A DNA stretch of 64,000 nt from a virus. Its lineage: Duplodnaviria > Heunggongvirae > Uroviricota > Caudoviricetes. The DNA lies in the IMG/VR virus record IMGVR_UViG_2791355477_000007, one strand, 5' to 3'. The position numbers were made by a program, and so were the translations under genes. Shown piece by piece: positions 36,260-45,883 of the stretch (positions within the stretch are counted from its first letter, which is position 1; each line of letters starts with the position of its first letter). The notes beneath the pieces are model-generated. The model saw only the letters and a program-made list of their open reading frames with translations. It ran no database searches and was not told the origin of the DNA.

Positions 36260-36733
36260 TTAAACAGTTTCACTTTTGAACATTTTTTCTGCACATTGTT
36301 TTGGAACTACATACCAACCAGTTTTTAAGTTTTCGAGAGAATCTGTGTCTATCTTTTCCCATTCATCTACATGAGTATTTTTTTCTTTATGCCAGTATTC
36401 ATAAATCCCTCTTTCACTATTAAATCGGCAATACTTGTTTGTTCCCTCCTGAATGCAACAGCAAATATATCCTGCTTCTAATTTTTCTATAGCACCAAAA
36501 ATGTCCATGTATTCAACATCATAATCTTCTTCAACTGCGATAAACAATTTGACGGAGTTCCCCCCGATTTTCAACCAGGATTTTAATTCTTCATTGTCTT
36601 GAGATTCCTTGTAAACGTTATTCAAAACATCCACAGTAGAAGTTACGCTTTGCTTCGCTTCTTGTATTTTAATAGCTACAAAGTAAGGTATTTTTATTTT
36701 CTTCATATGACGCTCTCCTTCTATGTAATACAT
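36260..36733 (-). CDS. hypothetical protein, DUF1642-like N-terminus
   Basis: KIKIPYFVA..I...K pattern. Confidence 0.6.
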   Translation of the reverse strand: MYYIEGERHMKKIKIPYFVAIKIQEAKQSVTSTVDVLNNVYKESQDNEELKSWLKIGGNSVKLFIAVEEDYDVEYMDIFGAIEKLEAGYICCCIQEGTNKYCRFNSERGIYEYWHKEKNTHVDEWEKIDTDSLENLKTGWYVVPKQCAEKMFKSETV

Positions 36734-36745
36734 GGAAACTTCTTT

Positions 36746-37096
36746 TTAAGCTCCAATTCTTTGTTTTTTACTTTTAACTTCATAAGCAAGTACTTGAAAA
36801 GAAAGAATTTGACTTCCATCTATACAGAAATAACGATTCTCATCACAATCTTTTCTTGCATAAGTAATAGATAGTGGCATTTTTTGTTGTACTGCCTCTT
36901 TCATCATTTTTCTTATCACTTGCAATGTATCATCTATAGTATCTACAGAAAGATAAACATCTTCTATTTGATACGTTATGCCATTCAAACATTCGATGAT
37001 TATCCAAACATCTACATCATTCTTTTCATTATTCGTATTATGTAGAATCACATCATATGTTTTTGTTTCATTCATCATAGGCAGTAATCTCACCAT
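36746..37096 (-). CDS. hypothetical protein
   Basis: operon ORF. Confidence 0.65.
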   Translation of the reverse strand: MVRLLPMMNETKTYDVILHNTNNEKNDVDVWIIIECLNGITYQIEDVYLSVDTIDDTLQVIRKMMKEAVQQKMPLSITYARKDCDENRYFCIDGSQILSFQVLAYEVKSKKQRIGA

Positions 37097-37481
37097 CTAC
37101 AGCCCGAGCAATTTCAGATGTAATAGTCATACCTACCCATGCCAGAACACCTAAACAAATTACAGCCATCATCTCTACATGTTCTTCTTCATGCCTAATG
37201 TTTTTTTCCTTGTCAAATATTTTGAAATTATAGGCAGTTTGTTTTTCATTCACTCCTATTAAAAATTTCACATGTTGTTTCTTCAACTCATCTAAAATCA
37301 TGAGAGCTTGCTCTTCTTTCTTCAAAGGATTAAACTTGTGAACTGCCATGATTTCTCGTCCATCTTTATCTACATATACACGAATAGGATTCCAATTCTC
37401 CTCACTGAACGGTCTTTCTATCTCTTTCCATCCCATGCATCTTTCTGCTATTACATCTGCTATAAAACTTAAGATATTCAT
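37068..37481 (-). CDS. phage ABA-sandwich-like protein
   Basis: IAE..MGW ... FNP......A..IL..L. Confidence 0.55.
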   Translation of the reverse strand: MNILSFIADVIAERCMGWKEIERPFSEENWNPIRVYVDKDGREIMAVHKFNPLKKEEQALMILDELKKQHVKFLIGVNEKQTAYNFKIFDKEKNIRHEEEHVEMMAVICLGVLAWVGMTITSEIARAVDGEITAYDE

Positions 37482-37930
37482 TGCTTTTCCACCTCTTTCT
37501 CTTTTTCAATGAACCAATTTCCATAAACAATATCTTCTAACATTAATTTAAAATCAGATTCATGAATCATAGTGCGATTTAATTCGCCACTACATACGAC
37601 TTCCATTTCGATAAAATATCTCGACTTTTTGCGAAAACGCATCTTTTTAAAAACCACATTATTATTTTCATATTTTTTATTCGTAACCACTATCCACTCT
37701 TGCATTCCTTTTTTTCTTAAAACAGATACAAGGTTTTGAAACGGACAAAACTCAATCTTTTCTAATTCCATTTCATTTACACACTTCTTACAAAAATGTC
37801 CTGATACTTTAAACCCCATATCTATTACCTGCACATGCATTTCTGCTACCTCATTACAAAATAAACAGTTCTGTATATCTCTTGTGAATTGCGGTGAAAC
37901 AATCATTTGTTTTTTACACATAATGCACAT
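37478..37930 (-). CDS. Cys-rich zinc-binding protein
   Basis: three CxxC motifs. Confidence 0.65.
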   Translation of the reverse strand: MCIMCKKQMIVSPQFTRDIQNCLFCNEVAEMHVQVIDMGFKVSGHFCKKCVNEMELEKIEFCPFQNLVSVLRKKGMQEWIVVTNKKYENNNVVFKKMRFRKKSRYFIEMEVVCSGELNRTMIHESDFKLMLEDIVYGNWFIEKEKEVEKQ

Positions 37931-37937
37931 CTCCCTC

Positions 37938-38240
37938 TTAGTTAATTTTGTTGAATTTGTATAATAAATCTGGATACTTTTCTTTTAAATACATACGTTT
38001 TTCATAATCGTCAATCATAGGCGAAATCACCTTATAACAATGAACAAACCCAATAATGAAACCAATACTTAAAATTGATATAAGCATTGTCATCATTACC
38101 CAATCCGTTGTGTTTGTATATATTTGTATGAGGAATATCGTTATAACGGCTCCAAATATGATTGATAATCCGATGCCCTTGTCTTTCATATAGAAGTTAA
38201 AAATGAATTTCAACTTGCTTATTCCGCTCAGTTTAACCAA
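37938..38240 (-). CDS. two-TM membrane protein
   Basis: hydrophobic segments, GAGGTG RBS. Confidence 0.65.
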   Translation of the reverse strand: MVKLSGISKLKFIFNFYMKDKGIGLSIIFGAVITIFLIQIYTNTTDWVMMTMLISILSIGFIIGFVHCYKVISPMIDDYEKRMYLKEKYPDLLYKFNKIN

Positions 38241-38260
38241 TCAGAAACACCTCTTTTTCA

Positions 38261-38274
38261 TTGACTATAGTATA
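38261..38274. promoter_or_regulatory. palindromic operator/-35 motif between divergent genes
   Basis: TTGACTATAGTATA. Confidence 0.7.
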
Positions 38275-38385
38275 TGAATAATGATAAACTAAATCCATAA
38301 AAAATGAAAGTTCAAATTCGATTAACGGTCAAAAATAGCGTAATCATAGCTCATTATTTTGAGTGTGTAATGCGTTTATTTAGGA

Positions 38386-38799
38386 GTGAAAAATAGAATG
38401 CAAATAAAAATTAGGTTCTTTGATGGATGCGGTAACTTCCATGATGAAAAAATCACATCTAAAAACATGTATGAATTAGAAACGTCCATTATTTCTATTC
38501 AACAGGAATTATCGGTTAAATGGGCATACCCTGACAATCAAAAAACGATTGTCAGATGGCGTAAAGTGAATGACCCTTCTCAAGAAGAAATTAATTTAAA
38601 AGTTGAGATTGATTTGCAGAAAGAAAAAGAATTTGTTTCGTTTTTAAATGAGCAAAGTTGGTTCTTTAACAAAATTCAATACACCCAGTCTTTATATTTA
38701 TGGCGAGTAGATATTGATAATCAAAAAGATAAAGAAATGATTCAATCCCTACCCTATGTTATCCGTATCTCTGAAATGGCAAAGATAACAGTAGATTAA
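38386..38799 (+). CDS. hypothetical protein
   Basis: ORF. Confidence 0.7.
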   Translation: MKNRMQIKIRFFDGCGNFHDEKITSKNMYELETSIISIQQELSVKWAYPDNQKTIVRWRKVNDPSQEEINLKVEIDLQKEKEFVSFLNEQSWFFNKIQYTQSLYLWRVDIDNQKDKEMIQSLPYVIRISEMAKITVD

Positions 38800-38891
38800 C
38801 AAAACGGATGGAACTATAGCGTAAAACGATTACGAAATGCGTATAAGAAATAGAGACCAATTTACTAATAAAAAGAAAGAGGTGATAAAAT

Positions 38892-39083
38892 ATGGTCACA
38901 GAAAGAACAGTAGCAGTATACAAACAAGATGGTAACAACTATATTCGTCAATATTCATTCCCTACTGAAAATCGTCCATTTGTAATTGGAGAAGTCATTC
39001 GTGGAGCAGATGGAGGAAATTATGTAATTTTTGAAATTGATGTTGAAGTGGCCGTTGTTCCTGAAATAAAACATTCCGATTAG
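38892..39083 (+). CDS. small hypothetical protein
   Basis: GAGGTG RBS. Confidence 0.7.
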   Translation: MVTERTVAVYKQDGNNYIRQYSFPTENRPFVIGEVIRGADGGNYVIFEIDVEVAVVPEIKHSD

Positions 39084-39173
39084 AGAGCTCTTATGCTCTC
39101 TGTTTTTGTATTCAGTGTAGCTTTTATATCTTTGTTTGATTATCAATCAATATTAATATAAAGTAATAAACAG

Positions 39174-39230
39174 TCTATAATAAAAAGAGTTTACATATCT
39201 GGTATTTTTTTAAAATATAATTACAAGGAG
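39174..39230 (+). promoter_or_regulatory. conserved promoter/leader motif 2 (degenerate, + strand)
   Basis: TCTATAATAAAAAGAG...GGTATTTTTTTAAAAT...AAGGAG. Confidence 0.55.
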
Positions 39231-39239
39231 TGTTTTATT

Positions 39240-39446
39240 ATGAAAAATTCTTACTCATTATGCTGGATTAATACACCAAAGTGGGGAGATGAGGGAACTT
39301 ACAAAAAATCTATGCCATTTGATTCTATTGATGAAATCATTGAAAATATGAAAAATTGTTACTATAGAGGCGAATGGGTTGAAGATGAAAATGGAAATAA
39401 AGTAGATATTGATTTATCGAAGTACACTTTAAAAGAAGAAGCATAG
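39240..39446 (+). CDS. small acidic hypothetical protein
   Basis: AAGGAG RBS. Confidence 0.7.
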   Translation: MKNSYSLCWINTPKWGDEGTYKKSMPFDSIDEIIENMKNCYYRGEWVEDENGNKVDIDLSKYTLKEEA

Positions 39447-39480
39447 GATAAGAGATTTATACAATGAAGGACTGAATAAA

Positions 39481-39909
39481 ATGAAAAAAGAATTGAATGT
39501 ACCAGTAATTTTACCAGAACATGAGAAAGTTGTTGTGTGGGTACTGCATAAAATAAACAGAAATGAATTTGCAGAAGGTCAGTTTGCTGTAGACTACATG
39601 GACTGTGGAACACCAAACAAACGCAAACTGCATGATACAGAGTATGTAACGATGTGGGATATATATAATTCTTATACAAGAGAACAGAGAGATAATATTA
39701 ATCGTGCAATATTAACAGAGATGTATAGGCTGACAACTGATATAAAAGAAGAGGAAATTGTTACAGATGGTAACCGTGTGGGATTTGCCTTCACATTCGA
39801 TTACAATTGGAAAAAAAGATGCTTCAAATTGGCGACTTCCAAAAGTGCTAATTTAGATTGGTGTAGTGATTGTAGAATTGATGAATTTCAGAGAGTTATT
39901 CAATTTTAA
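39481..39909 (+). CDS. hypothetical protein, paralog of the 29718 C-terminus
   Basis: shared motif. Confidence 0.75.
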   Translation: MKKELNVPVILPEHEKVVVWVLHKINRNEFAEGQFAVDYMDCGTPNKRKLHDTEYVTMWDIYNSYTREQRDNINRAILTEMYRLTTDIKEEEIVTDGNRVGFAFTFDYNWKKRCFKLATSKSANLDWCSDCRIDEFQRVIQF

Positions 39910-39978
39910 AGAGTTAATTAAATGAATTTAAAAAAACATCAAGAGTTTTATTTAAACCATACAAAAGGAATTACTCAT

Positions 39979-41253
39979 TTATAGAGCAATTCCTTTTTCT
40001 AATTTCTCAAATTCCCTTTTGTATCGTTTCCAACGTTTGTCAATAAAAACATGGTCTTCCTTTGATAAAAGGCTTCCTTTACAAAATCTTTTTTCTACAA
40101 ACCCTGGAACTTCATCATTGAAATGATAAAAGAAGAATTCACCATGCTCTAACAAATATAGTTTAGGAATTTCATTACCCATTACAAAATATTCTTTGAA
40201 TACATTTATATCCTGAGGATTTAGACCTGGCATTAAAATGAAATTTTTAAAATTAGCAATTAAGTAATTCTCATAATCAGAAACATTCATTTTTAGTAAT
40301 GACAGACTTTGGATATCGGCAATAATTGAAACATCCATTGCATAATTAATTGAAAAGAAATCCTCAAAGCCATTCATCCAAGCATTTAAATCTTTAACGT
40401 ACAAATTATTGTTATTCTTTCCATTATTTCGTTTGTTACAAATACATGCTTGTTTATATACACCAGATATTAATTGTGGGAGCATTCTCGCAATATCCCT
40501 ATCTAATGAATACCCTTCCAAATTAAAGATAACAACTTCTTTGTTTTTGATGTGTTTAACAAAATCAATTTCCTCAAACTCACCTTTTTCCTTCGTATTA
40601 AAAATGTGAGAAACTTTAGCGTTTGATGTTAAGCGAGACAACATCATTCTCAATCCACTATTATGCTCAAATGCTTTACTTCCTTCTTCAAAATATTTTC
40701 CAATATACAATACAGTAAGACTATCAGCATCCTCTAATGAGCAATATAAATCAAATAACTCTTTTCCTTTTCTATTTGTATTGTTAACAAAATCACTTAA
40801 TTCTTGTAATGTAATATGATTATCAAAAATTTTGTTTAGAATTTTGATAGATGCTTCTAATATACGTTCATGTGTGTCTAAGAAAAATTTAGGGGTATCT
40901 CTCCCTTCCCATTTCACTATTTTTTTCATTAGATTAATAACGAATTCTTCTTCTCCCCTTAATGGGTTAAATTTCACATTTTTAAGATAGGGACTAAAAT
41001 AAATCACGTTTCTTCGATTACTTTTTGCTAATGTATAAGCAACCTTTGCTACATCCCCTTGGTTATCAAAGACTGTGACACCATGATTCTTTTGTTCTAT
41101 ATCTTGTTTTATCATTGGTATGTGAAACATCCCTGATATTCCAGTACCTACACTGCCTACAATCAAGGTGTTAAGTCCTCTACTCGATTCTTTTAAAAAG
41201 ACTTTCTTTTTCTTCTCCTTATCAGTTCCAACAAACAAACTATTATTTTTCAT
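39979..41253 (-). CDS. VirD4/TraG-like coupling-protein homolog with degenerate Walker motifs
   Basis: NTLIVGSVGTGIS, GVTVFD..GD.A, FNPL.G, ADIQSLS. Confidence 0.7.
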   Translation of the reverse strand: MKNNSLFVGTDKEKKKKVFLKESSRGLNTLIVGSVGTGISGMFHIPMIKQDIEQKNHGVTVFDNQGDVAKVAYTLAKSNRRNVIYFSPYLKNVKFNPLRGEEEFVINLMKKIVKWEGRDTPKFFLDTHERILEASIKILNKIFDNHITLQELSDFVNNTNRKGKELFDLYCSLEDADSLTVLYIGKYFEEGSKAFEHNSGLRMMLSRLTSNAKVSHIFNTKEKGEFEEIDFVKHIKNKEVVIFNLEGYSLDRDIARMLPQLISGVYKQACICNKRNNGKNNNNLYVKDLNAWMNGFEDFFSINYAMDVSIIADIQSLSLLKMNVSDYENYLIANFKNFILMPGLNPQDINVFKEYFVMGNEIPKLYLLEHGEFFFYHFNDEVPGFVEKRFCKGSLLSKEDHVFIDKRWKRYKREFEKLEKGIAL

Positions 41254-41275
41254 GTTAATTCCCCCTTCTTAATTA

Positions 41276-41289
41276 TTGACTTTAGTTAA
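41276..41289. promoter_or_regulatory. palindromic operator motif
   Basis: TTGACTTTAGTTAA upstream of the VirD4-like gene. Confidence 0.7.
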
Positions 41290-41452
41290 TAATATAAATA
41301 GAAGAGGAATGTTATAACTTTTTTCTGCTCTAACAACCCATGTAGTTGCTCTAATCATAAATAAAATGTCCTGGAATAAACGGTTTTTGCACTGAAACCA
41401 TTAATTCATAGAAAATAAAAAGAGACCTACTCAGGTCTCTTCTAATCTGTTG

Positions 41453-41842
41453 TTAATCATGATAAGCACGTTTCATACGAAAACCTGCAATTTCTTTTTC
41501 ATATACTGATATATTTGAAATTAAATCTAATAATTCTTGTCCAGTAAAAGAGAATTTCGAAGGACATTGGATTACCTTCCCTATTGCAATTTCATATAGT
41601 GCTAATGACCGTTCCATATCAGCGATGTCTTCGGCAACAAGAGGATATACTTCTTTATAACTTTGCAGTCTATTTTCAATCCCTTTTTTCTCCAATAACA
41701 CATCATCATTGGTCTTAATTTTACTGTGAATATTACTTCTTTGATAATAATCAAAATATTTCTCTGCATGTTTGCGAATGCTTTTCTCATATTGATATTT
41801 CTCTATAATCTTACTTAACTCTACATTCTCATCTTTATTCAT
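41453..41842 (-). CDS. hypothetical protein
   Basis: AGGAGG RBS. Confidence 0.7.
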   Translation of the reverse strand: MNKDENVELSKIIEKYQYEKSIRKHAEKYFDYYQRSNIHSKIKTNDDVLLEKKGIENRLQSYKEVYPLVAEDIADMERSLALYEIAIGKVIQCPSKFSFTGQELLDLISNISVYEKEIAGFRMKRAYHD

Positions 41843-41920
41843 ATAGACCTCCTGAATTGTTAAATTTTACATTATTATATCATAATCAACAGAAAGAGCA
41901 TTGTTTGTTTATTAACTTCT

Positions 41921-42172
41921 TCAATTAAGTACGCATTCATAATCTGAAGATTTACCTATACAGTTTAAAGTACACTCCTTGCCAGAACCAACCAGTAAGT
42001 TTGTAGGAAACGGAAGAAATTGATTTATATATACACCTGTTTTATCTCGTATAATTATTTTGTTTTGTTGGCTCACAAAAATAGGTACATGCAATTTACT
42101 ACTAATCGGAAAAAATTCCTCTCCAATTTCTTTTAATCTGTTTTTATTTTTGCTTGTTGTCATATTCAGCAC
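41921..42172 (-). CDS. hypothetical protein
   Basis: ORF. Confidence 0.5.
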   Translation of the reverse strand: MLNMTTSKNKNRLKEIGEEFFPISSKLHVPIFVSQQNKIIIRDKTGVYINQFLPFPTNLLVGSGKECTLNCIGKSSDYECVLN

Positions 42173-42225
42173 CTCTTAAACGTTTTATAAACTACCTTAA
42201 ATAAAACTTCTTTCTGAAGTTATCT

Positions 42226-42828
42226 TCACAACATGGTTTCATCCATTTTTTTATTAACCACATTTAATACATGTTGATTAGGAGAATATCTATTGTTGTC
42301 CATAATCCTTTTTGCCAAATCCGTATCCCCTAAATATCTTGCTACTCCAATTGCAATTGCAGGACTTCGACTCACTCCCGCTCCACAATGAATAACAAAA
42401 GAATCTGCTTTCTTATGGTTCTCAATAAATGAAAATAGCTGAAATGCTTGTAAGTCCGTAAAAATAGGATACTTTTCTAATCCTCTATTTCTCCATTCAT
42501 CTTCTGTTACTCGTAAATCATAGAAATATAGTTCTAATATTCCTTTGTATTGCTTCTGATTATCCAGTGGAGGTAAATCCCCATCTTTATCTGCAATGCG
42601 AATTAGAACAGGGTATTCCCATTCTGATTGATGTTTTACCGCTTCATCTTCTGATAAAATTAGACACTTATCTTCTTCTAATTTCTTTAATTCAGGGAAT
42701 ATCTCTTTTACATCCACTTCTTTACCATTACAGTAAATACCAGGCGTATCCGAATTCAACTTAACTGTAAGACCTAATTGTTCAGCTAATGCAATTGCTT
42801 TTTCTTTATCAAATGCAAACTCTTTCAT
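42226..42828 (-). CDS. PTP/dual-specificity phosphatase-like protein
   Basis: HCGAGVSRS CX5R motif, YSPN. Confidence 0.85.
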   Translation of the reverse strand: MKEFAFDKEKAIALAEQLGLTVKLNSDTPGIYCNGKEVDVKEIFPELKKLEEDKCLILSEDEAVKHQSEWEYPVLIRIADKDGDLPPLDNQKQYKGILELYFYDLRVTEDEWRNRGLEKYPIFTDLQAFQLFSFIENHKKADSFVIHCGAGVSRSPAIAIGVARYLGDTDLAKRIMDNNRYSPNQHVLNVVNKKMDETML

Positions 42829-42831
42829 CCC

Positions 42832-43167
42832 TCACGCCCCCTTTTTGACAAACTGATAAGAATCCGATTTTTCTAAAGCATCCTCTATTTCTTCATGTTC
42901 AAATCCACATAAATCACAATCATAGGGAAATGAAATCTTTGATTTTTCACCTTCTACATACGAGTCCATTACTCGATAACATTCATAGCATAAAATATCA
43001 TTCTTCTGAACTAATAATCCCTCAGATACAAGCTCCTCACATACTTCAGTGGCTTCTTGCGTGGATAGATTGAATCTTTTCACCAATATCGTATAGCAAA
43101 AAGATTTTACTAATCCTTTTGATAGCTTCTTAATATACTCTTTTGCTTTTGTCTGATTTTCATTCAT
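42832..43167 (-). CDS. winged-helix/zinc-ribbon-like hypothetical protein
   Basis: CYEC ... CDLC. Confidence 0.6.
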   Translation of the reverse strand: MNENQTKAKEYIKKLSKGLVKSFCYTILVKRFNLSTQEATEVCEELVSEGLLVQKNDILCYECYRVMDSYVEGEKSKISFPYDCDLCGFEHEEIEDALEKSDSYQFVKKGA

Positions 43168-43234
43168 AATGAATACCTCTCCATTCTATCTACTTATTTT
43201 AGTGATTTATTTTTTACTATTACACATAAAATTA

Positions 43235-43248
43235 TTGACTATAGTTTT
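43235..43248. promoter_or_regulatory. palindromic operator/-35 motif between divergent genes
   Basis: TTGACTATAGTTTT. Confidence 0.65.
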
Positions 43249-43335
43249 TAATGATTATATCATAAATATAAAGTGACAAACAGAACTATCGTTGATAATC
43301 ACCTTAGATTTTACAGATAGATACAAGGAGATAAC

Positions 43336-43458
43336 ATGTACGGAAAATATGTAAATATTATTTTTAAAAATGAGAAATATAAAGTTTTTGTTCCTTGCAA
43401 CCCAGATACACCAGAAAAAGTTTTGGAGGTATTTGCACTAAGGATACTACTTAGTTAA
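43336..43458 (+). CDS. 40-aa hypothetical protein
   Basis: AAGGAG RBS. Confidence 0.5.
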   Translation: MYGKYVNIIFKNEKYKVFVPCNPDTPEKVLEVFALRILLS

Positions 43459-43473
43459 TTAGTAAAGAAAAGA

Positions 43474-44283
43474 GTGATAAACATGCCAAGAAAAACTCGA
43501 AAAACAGAAGAAAGCAAACCATTAACAATTGAAGAAATAAGAGAAATAGAGCTACATAAGCTTAGAACAGGTCGGGCATTCACTCCCACTCCTACTTATC
43601 AACATAAAATTGGAGATACCGTAAATGTTAGTCATTTAAGAAATGCAAAAGTAGAAGCTGTTTACGATGATGGTCGTTTTTATGAAATTTCTTATCAGAA
43701 AAGTTTTAGAGTTGGAGGAGAACATAAATATACAGAGAGAATCGCTTGGTTTGAGTGGATGAAGGTAAGAGCTATTCCTGATGAATCTGCAACGAATTTT
43801 GTTAAAGAAGATAATGTTCGTTTGGATTTTTTTCAAGTAACTATCAATTCTCTTCTTCACAAGTTATACCATTTAGGTATTGATACATCACCTTTTTATC
43901 AAAGAGATTATGTATGGTCTCAAGAAGACAAAGAATCTTTAATTGATAGCATTTTTAATCACATTGAAATTGGTAAATTCGTTCTTGTTTTTAAAGGATA
44001 TGAAGGCGATATGTATGAAGTGTTAGATGGAAAACAACGGCTATCTGCATTACAAGAGTTTTTTGAAGATAGATTCACTTACAGAGGAAAGTACTTTAGC
44101 CAATTAACACAACGGGACCAGAATCATTTTGGGAACTACTCTATTTCATTAGCCGAAAGTCAAAATGAACTAACAGAAAAACAGAAATTAGAATATTTCA
44201 TTCAACTGAATACAACTGGTCGTGTGATGGATAAACAACATTTGAAAAAAGTAGAAACTCTTTATGCTACATTCACTGAATAG
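43474..44283 (+). CDS. DUF262 (ParB/Srx-like, GmrS-type) domain protein
   Basis: YQRDYVW, LIDSI, VLDGKQRL, F..LN..G. Confidence 0.85.
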   Translation: MINMPRKTRKTEESKPLTIEEIREIELHKLRTGRAFTPTPTYQHKIGDTVNVSHLRNAKVEAVYDDGRFYEISYQKSFRVGGEHKYTERIAWFEWMKVRAIPDESATNFVKEDNVRLDFFQVTINSLLHKLYHLGIDTSPFYQRDYVWSQEDKESLIDSIFNHIEIGKFVLVFKGYEGDMYEVLDGKQRLSALQEFFEDRFTYRGKYFSQLTQRDQNHFGNYSISLAESQNELTEKQKLEYFIQLNTTGRVMDKQHLKKVETLYATFTE

Positions 44284-44293
44284 GAGAAAAAAC

Positions 44294-44632
44294 ATGGAAT
44301 ACAATTTATTTACAATGGATGAACATATTCCAACTCAATACATCCCTCCCACAGGCGAATATATTTCTTTTGGAACAAAAGAACATTACGTCGAAAAGTG
44401 TAAAGAATGGGGATTATTTAACACAAAACCAAAGAAAGATTTCCTATACAAAAGAGATAACAAACAGTTTGTTGTAACAATTGCAGGTTATCAAGAATCT
44501 GGCAAAGAAAAAAATGTAAATACACTGGTTATTCAATTCGATGATGGGAATTTGAGTTGTATTTTACCTGCGTTTTTGAAAGAAATGCAATCATCAAATT
44601 TCAATACGAAAAAAGAAATAATTTCAGAATAA
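44294..44632 (+). CDS. hypothetical protein
   Basis: AGGAG RBS before ATG 44294. Confidence 0.7.
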   Translation: MEYNLFTMDEHIPTQYIPPTGEYISFGTKEHYVEKCKEWGLFNTKPKKDFLYKRDNKQFVVTIAGYQESGKEKNVNTLVIQFDDGNLSCILPAFLKEMQSSNFNTKKEIISE

Positions 44633-44694
44633 AGACACTTTATATATAAAGGAAATATTGTTGAATGTCACTCATTAAAAATGTTATAATTTGT

Positions 44695-44798
44695 ATGAAA
44701 GTGTTCATAAAAGCGTATTAAAAACTTCTGGGCTACGAAAATACAATCTACCACAAGTTCGTAAGAAAAGACTCTTTAGAAAAAGAGTCTTTTCTTAC
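44695..44798 (+). ncRNA. candidate sRNA
   Basis: TGnTATAAT at 44682-44690, no ORF, 17-bp hairpin 44761-44798. Confidence 0.35.
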
Positions 44799-44882
44799 TG
44801 AATAACATTTACCATAAATTATTCAATGAGTCTTTCACCTTTTTAAGTGAAGGACTTTTTTATTTCTATGACCTAAATTAAA

Positions 44883-44896
44883 TTGACAATAGTCAA
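44883..44896. promoter_or_regulatory. palindromic operator/-35 motif
   Basis: TTGACAATAGTCAA. Confidence 0.75.
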
Positions 44897-45045
44897 TGAA
44901 AAATAGTAATCTATTTATAAGGATATTAATTTATCCAGAAATAACAAAAAACGTTTTCTATTTATATTGTTTTTATGTAAATAGTTTCTTTATGTTTTAT
45001 TTGAATAAATTCAATTTAAGAAAAAATATTTAAGTATATAGGTTT

Positions 45046-45486
45046 ATGTTTCGGAGGGGTTTTGTATTTAATGGAAAGGCGTTGGTTCTGATGTTTCGAT
45101 TTTTAAAATCTATTTTAGGTAAAAAGAAAGTGAATGTCACAAATTCAGGGACAGATATACCCTCTTCCCCTATTATCTTGACTCCTAAACAATGGGCAGA
45201 GGTATTAAATATTTCGTATGAGGATGATTCTATTTTATTTAAAAAAATTAATCACCGTGAAGATTCTCGAATTACAAAAAGCGAGTTCTTATCTATTAAC
45301 TCTCTTTATCATCGGTCTTATTTAGCAGAAGAAATATCCGATTTATTGAGAGATAATGAATCTATTAAAAACGTGACATATGCGGGAACAAGAGTCTATA
45401 TTGTTTCGAAAGACCCACTCTTAGGAACGTTTTATATGGATATTAAACGAGTACGTGAAAGTGTAGAGGATAGATATGACAAATAA
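45046..45486 (+). CDS. hypothetical protein
   Basis: ORF. Confidence 0.65.
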   Translation: MFRRGFVFNGKALVLMFRFLKSILGKKKVNVTNSGTDIPSSPIILTPKQWAEVLNISYEDDSILFKKINHREDSRITKSEFLSINSLYHRSYLAEEISDLLRDNESIKNVTYAGTRVYIVSKDPLLGTFYMDIKRVRESVEDRYDK

Positions 45487-45633
45487 GGTTTACGTATCAA
45501 TTGAAGAAATAAAATCATTAGAACGTAATCTACATATAATAAATAATATTAATATCCTTATTGCACAGAGAAGACTGGCGAAAATGAGATTTGACATGAT
45601 TTTTGAAAAAGCTAAACGAAGAATAGAAAGTAG

Positions 45634-45867
45634 GTGATGTATATGGATACATTCTTTTTCATTGCAAAAACTTATCTATTAATTGGATGTCTAACTCCAT
45701 TAGTAGGTATTATCCTTAATTCCATTAGTCATAGAGAAAAACCAGATTTTACATTTGGCGAAACAAAACTCGTGGATATTATACAAGTCTATTGCATTTC
45801 CATTTTTGCATGGCCTATCGCCATTGCTTGTGCCATTATTGCACATAGTCGTGGTAGATGGCTTTAA
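45634..45867 (+). CDS. small two-TM protein, tandem paralog 1 of 3
   Basis: shared EKPDF..GE....D....Y...IF.W motif. Confidence 0.7.
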   Translation: MMYMDTFFFIAKTYLLIGCLTPLVGIILNSISHREKPDFTFGETKLVDIIQVYCISIFAWPIAIACAIIAHSRGRWL

Positions 45868-45883
45868 AAAAATATGAAAGCAG

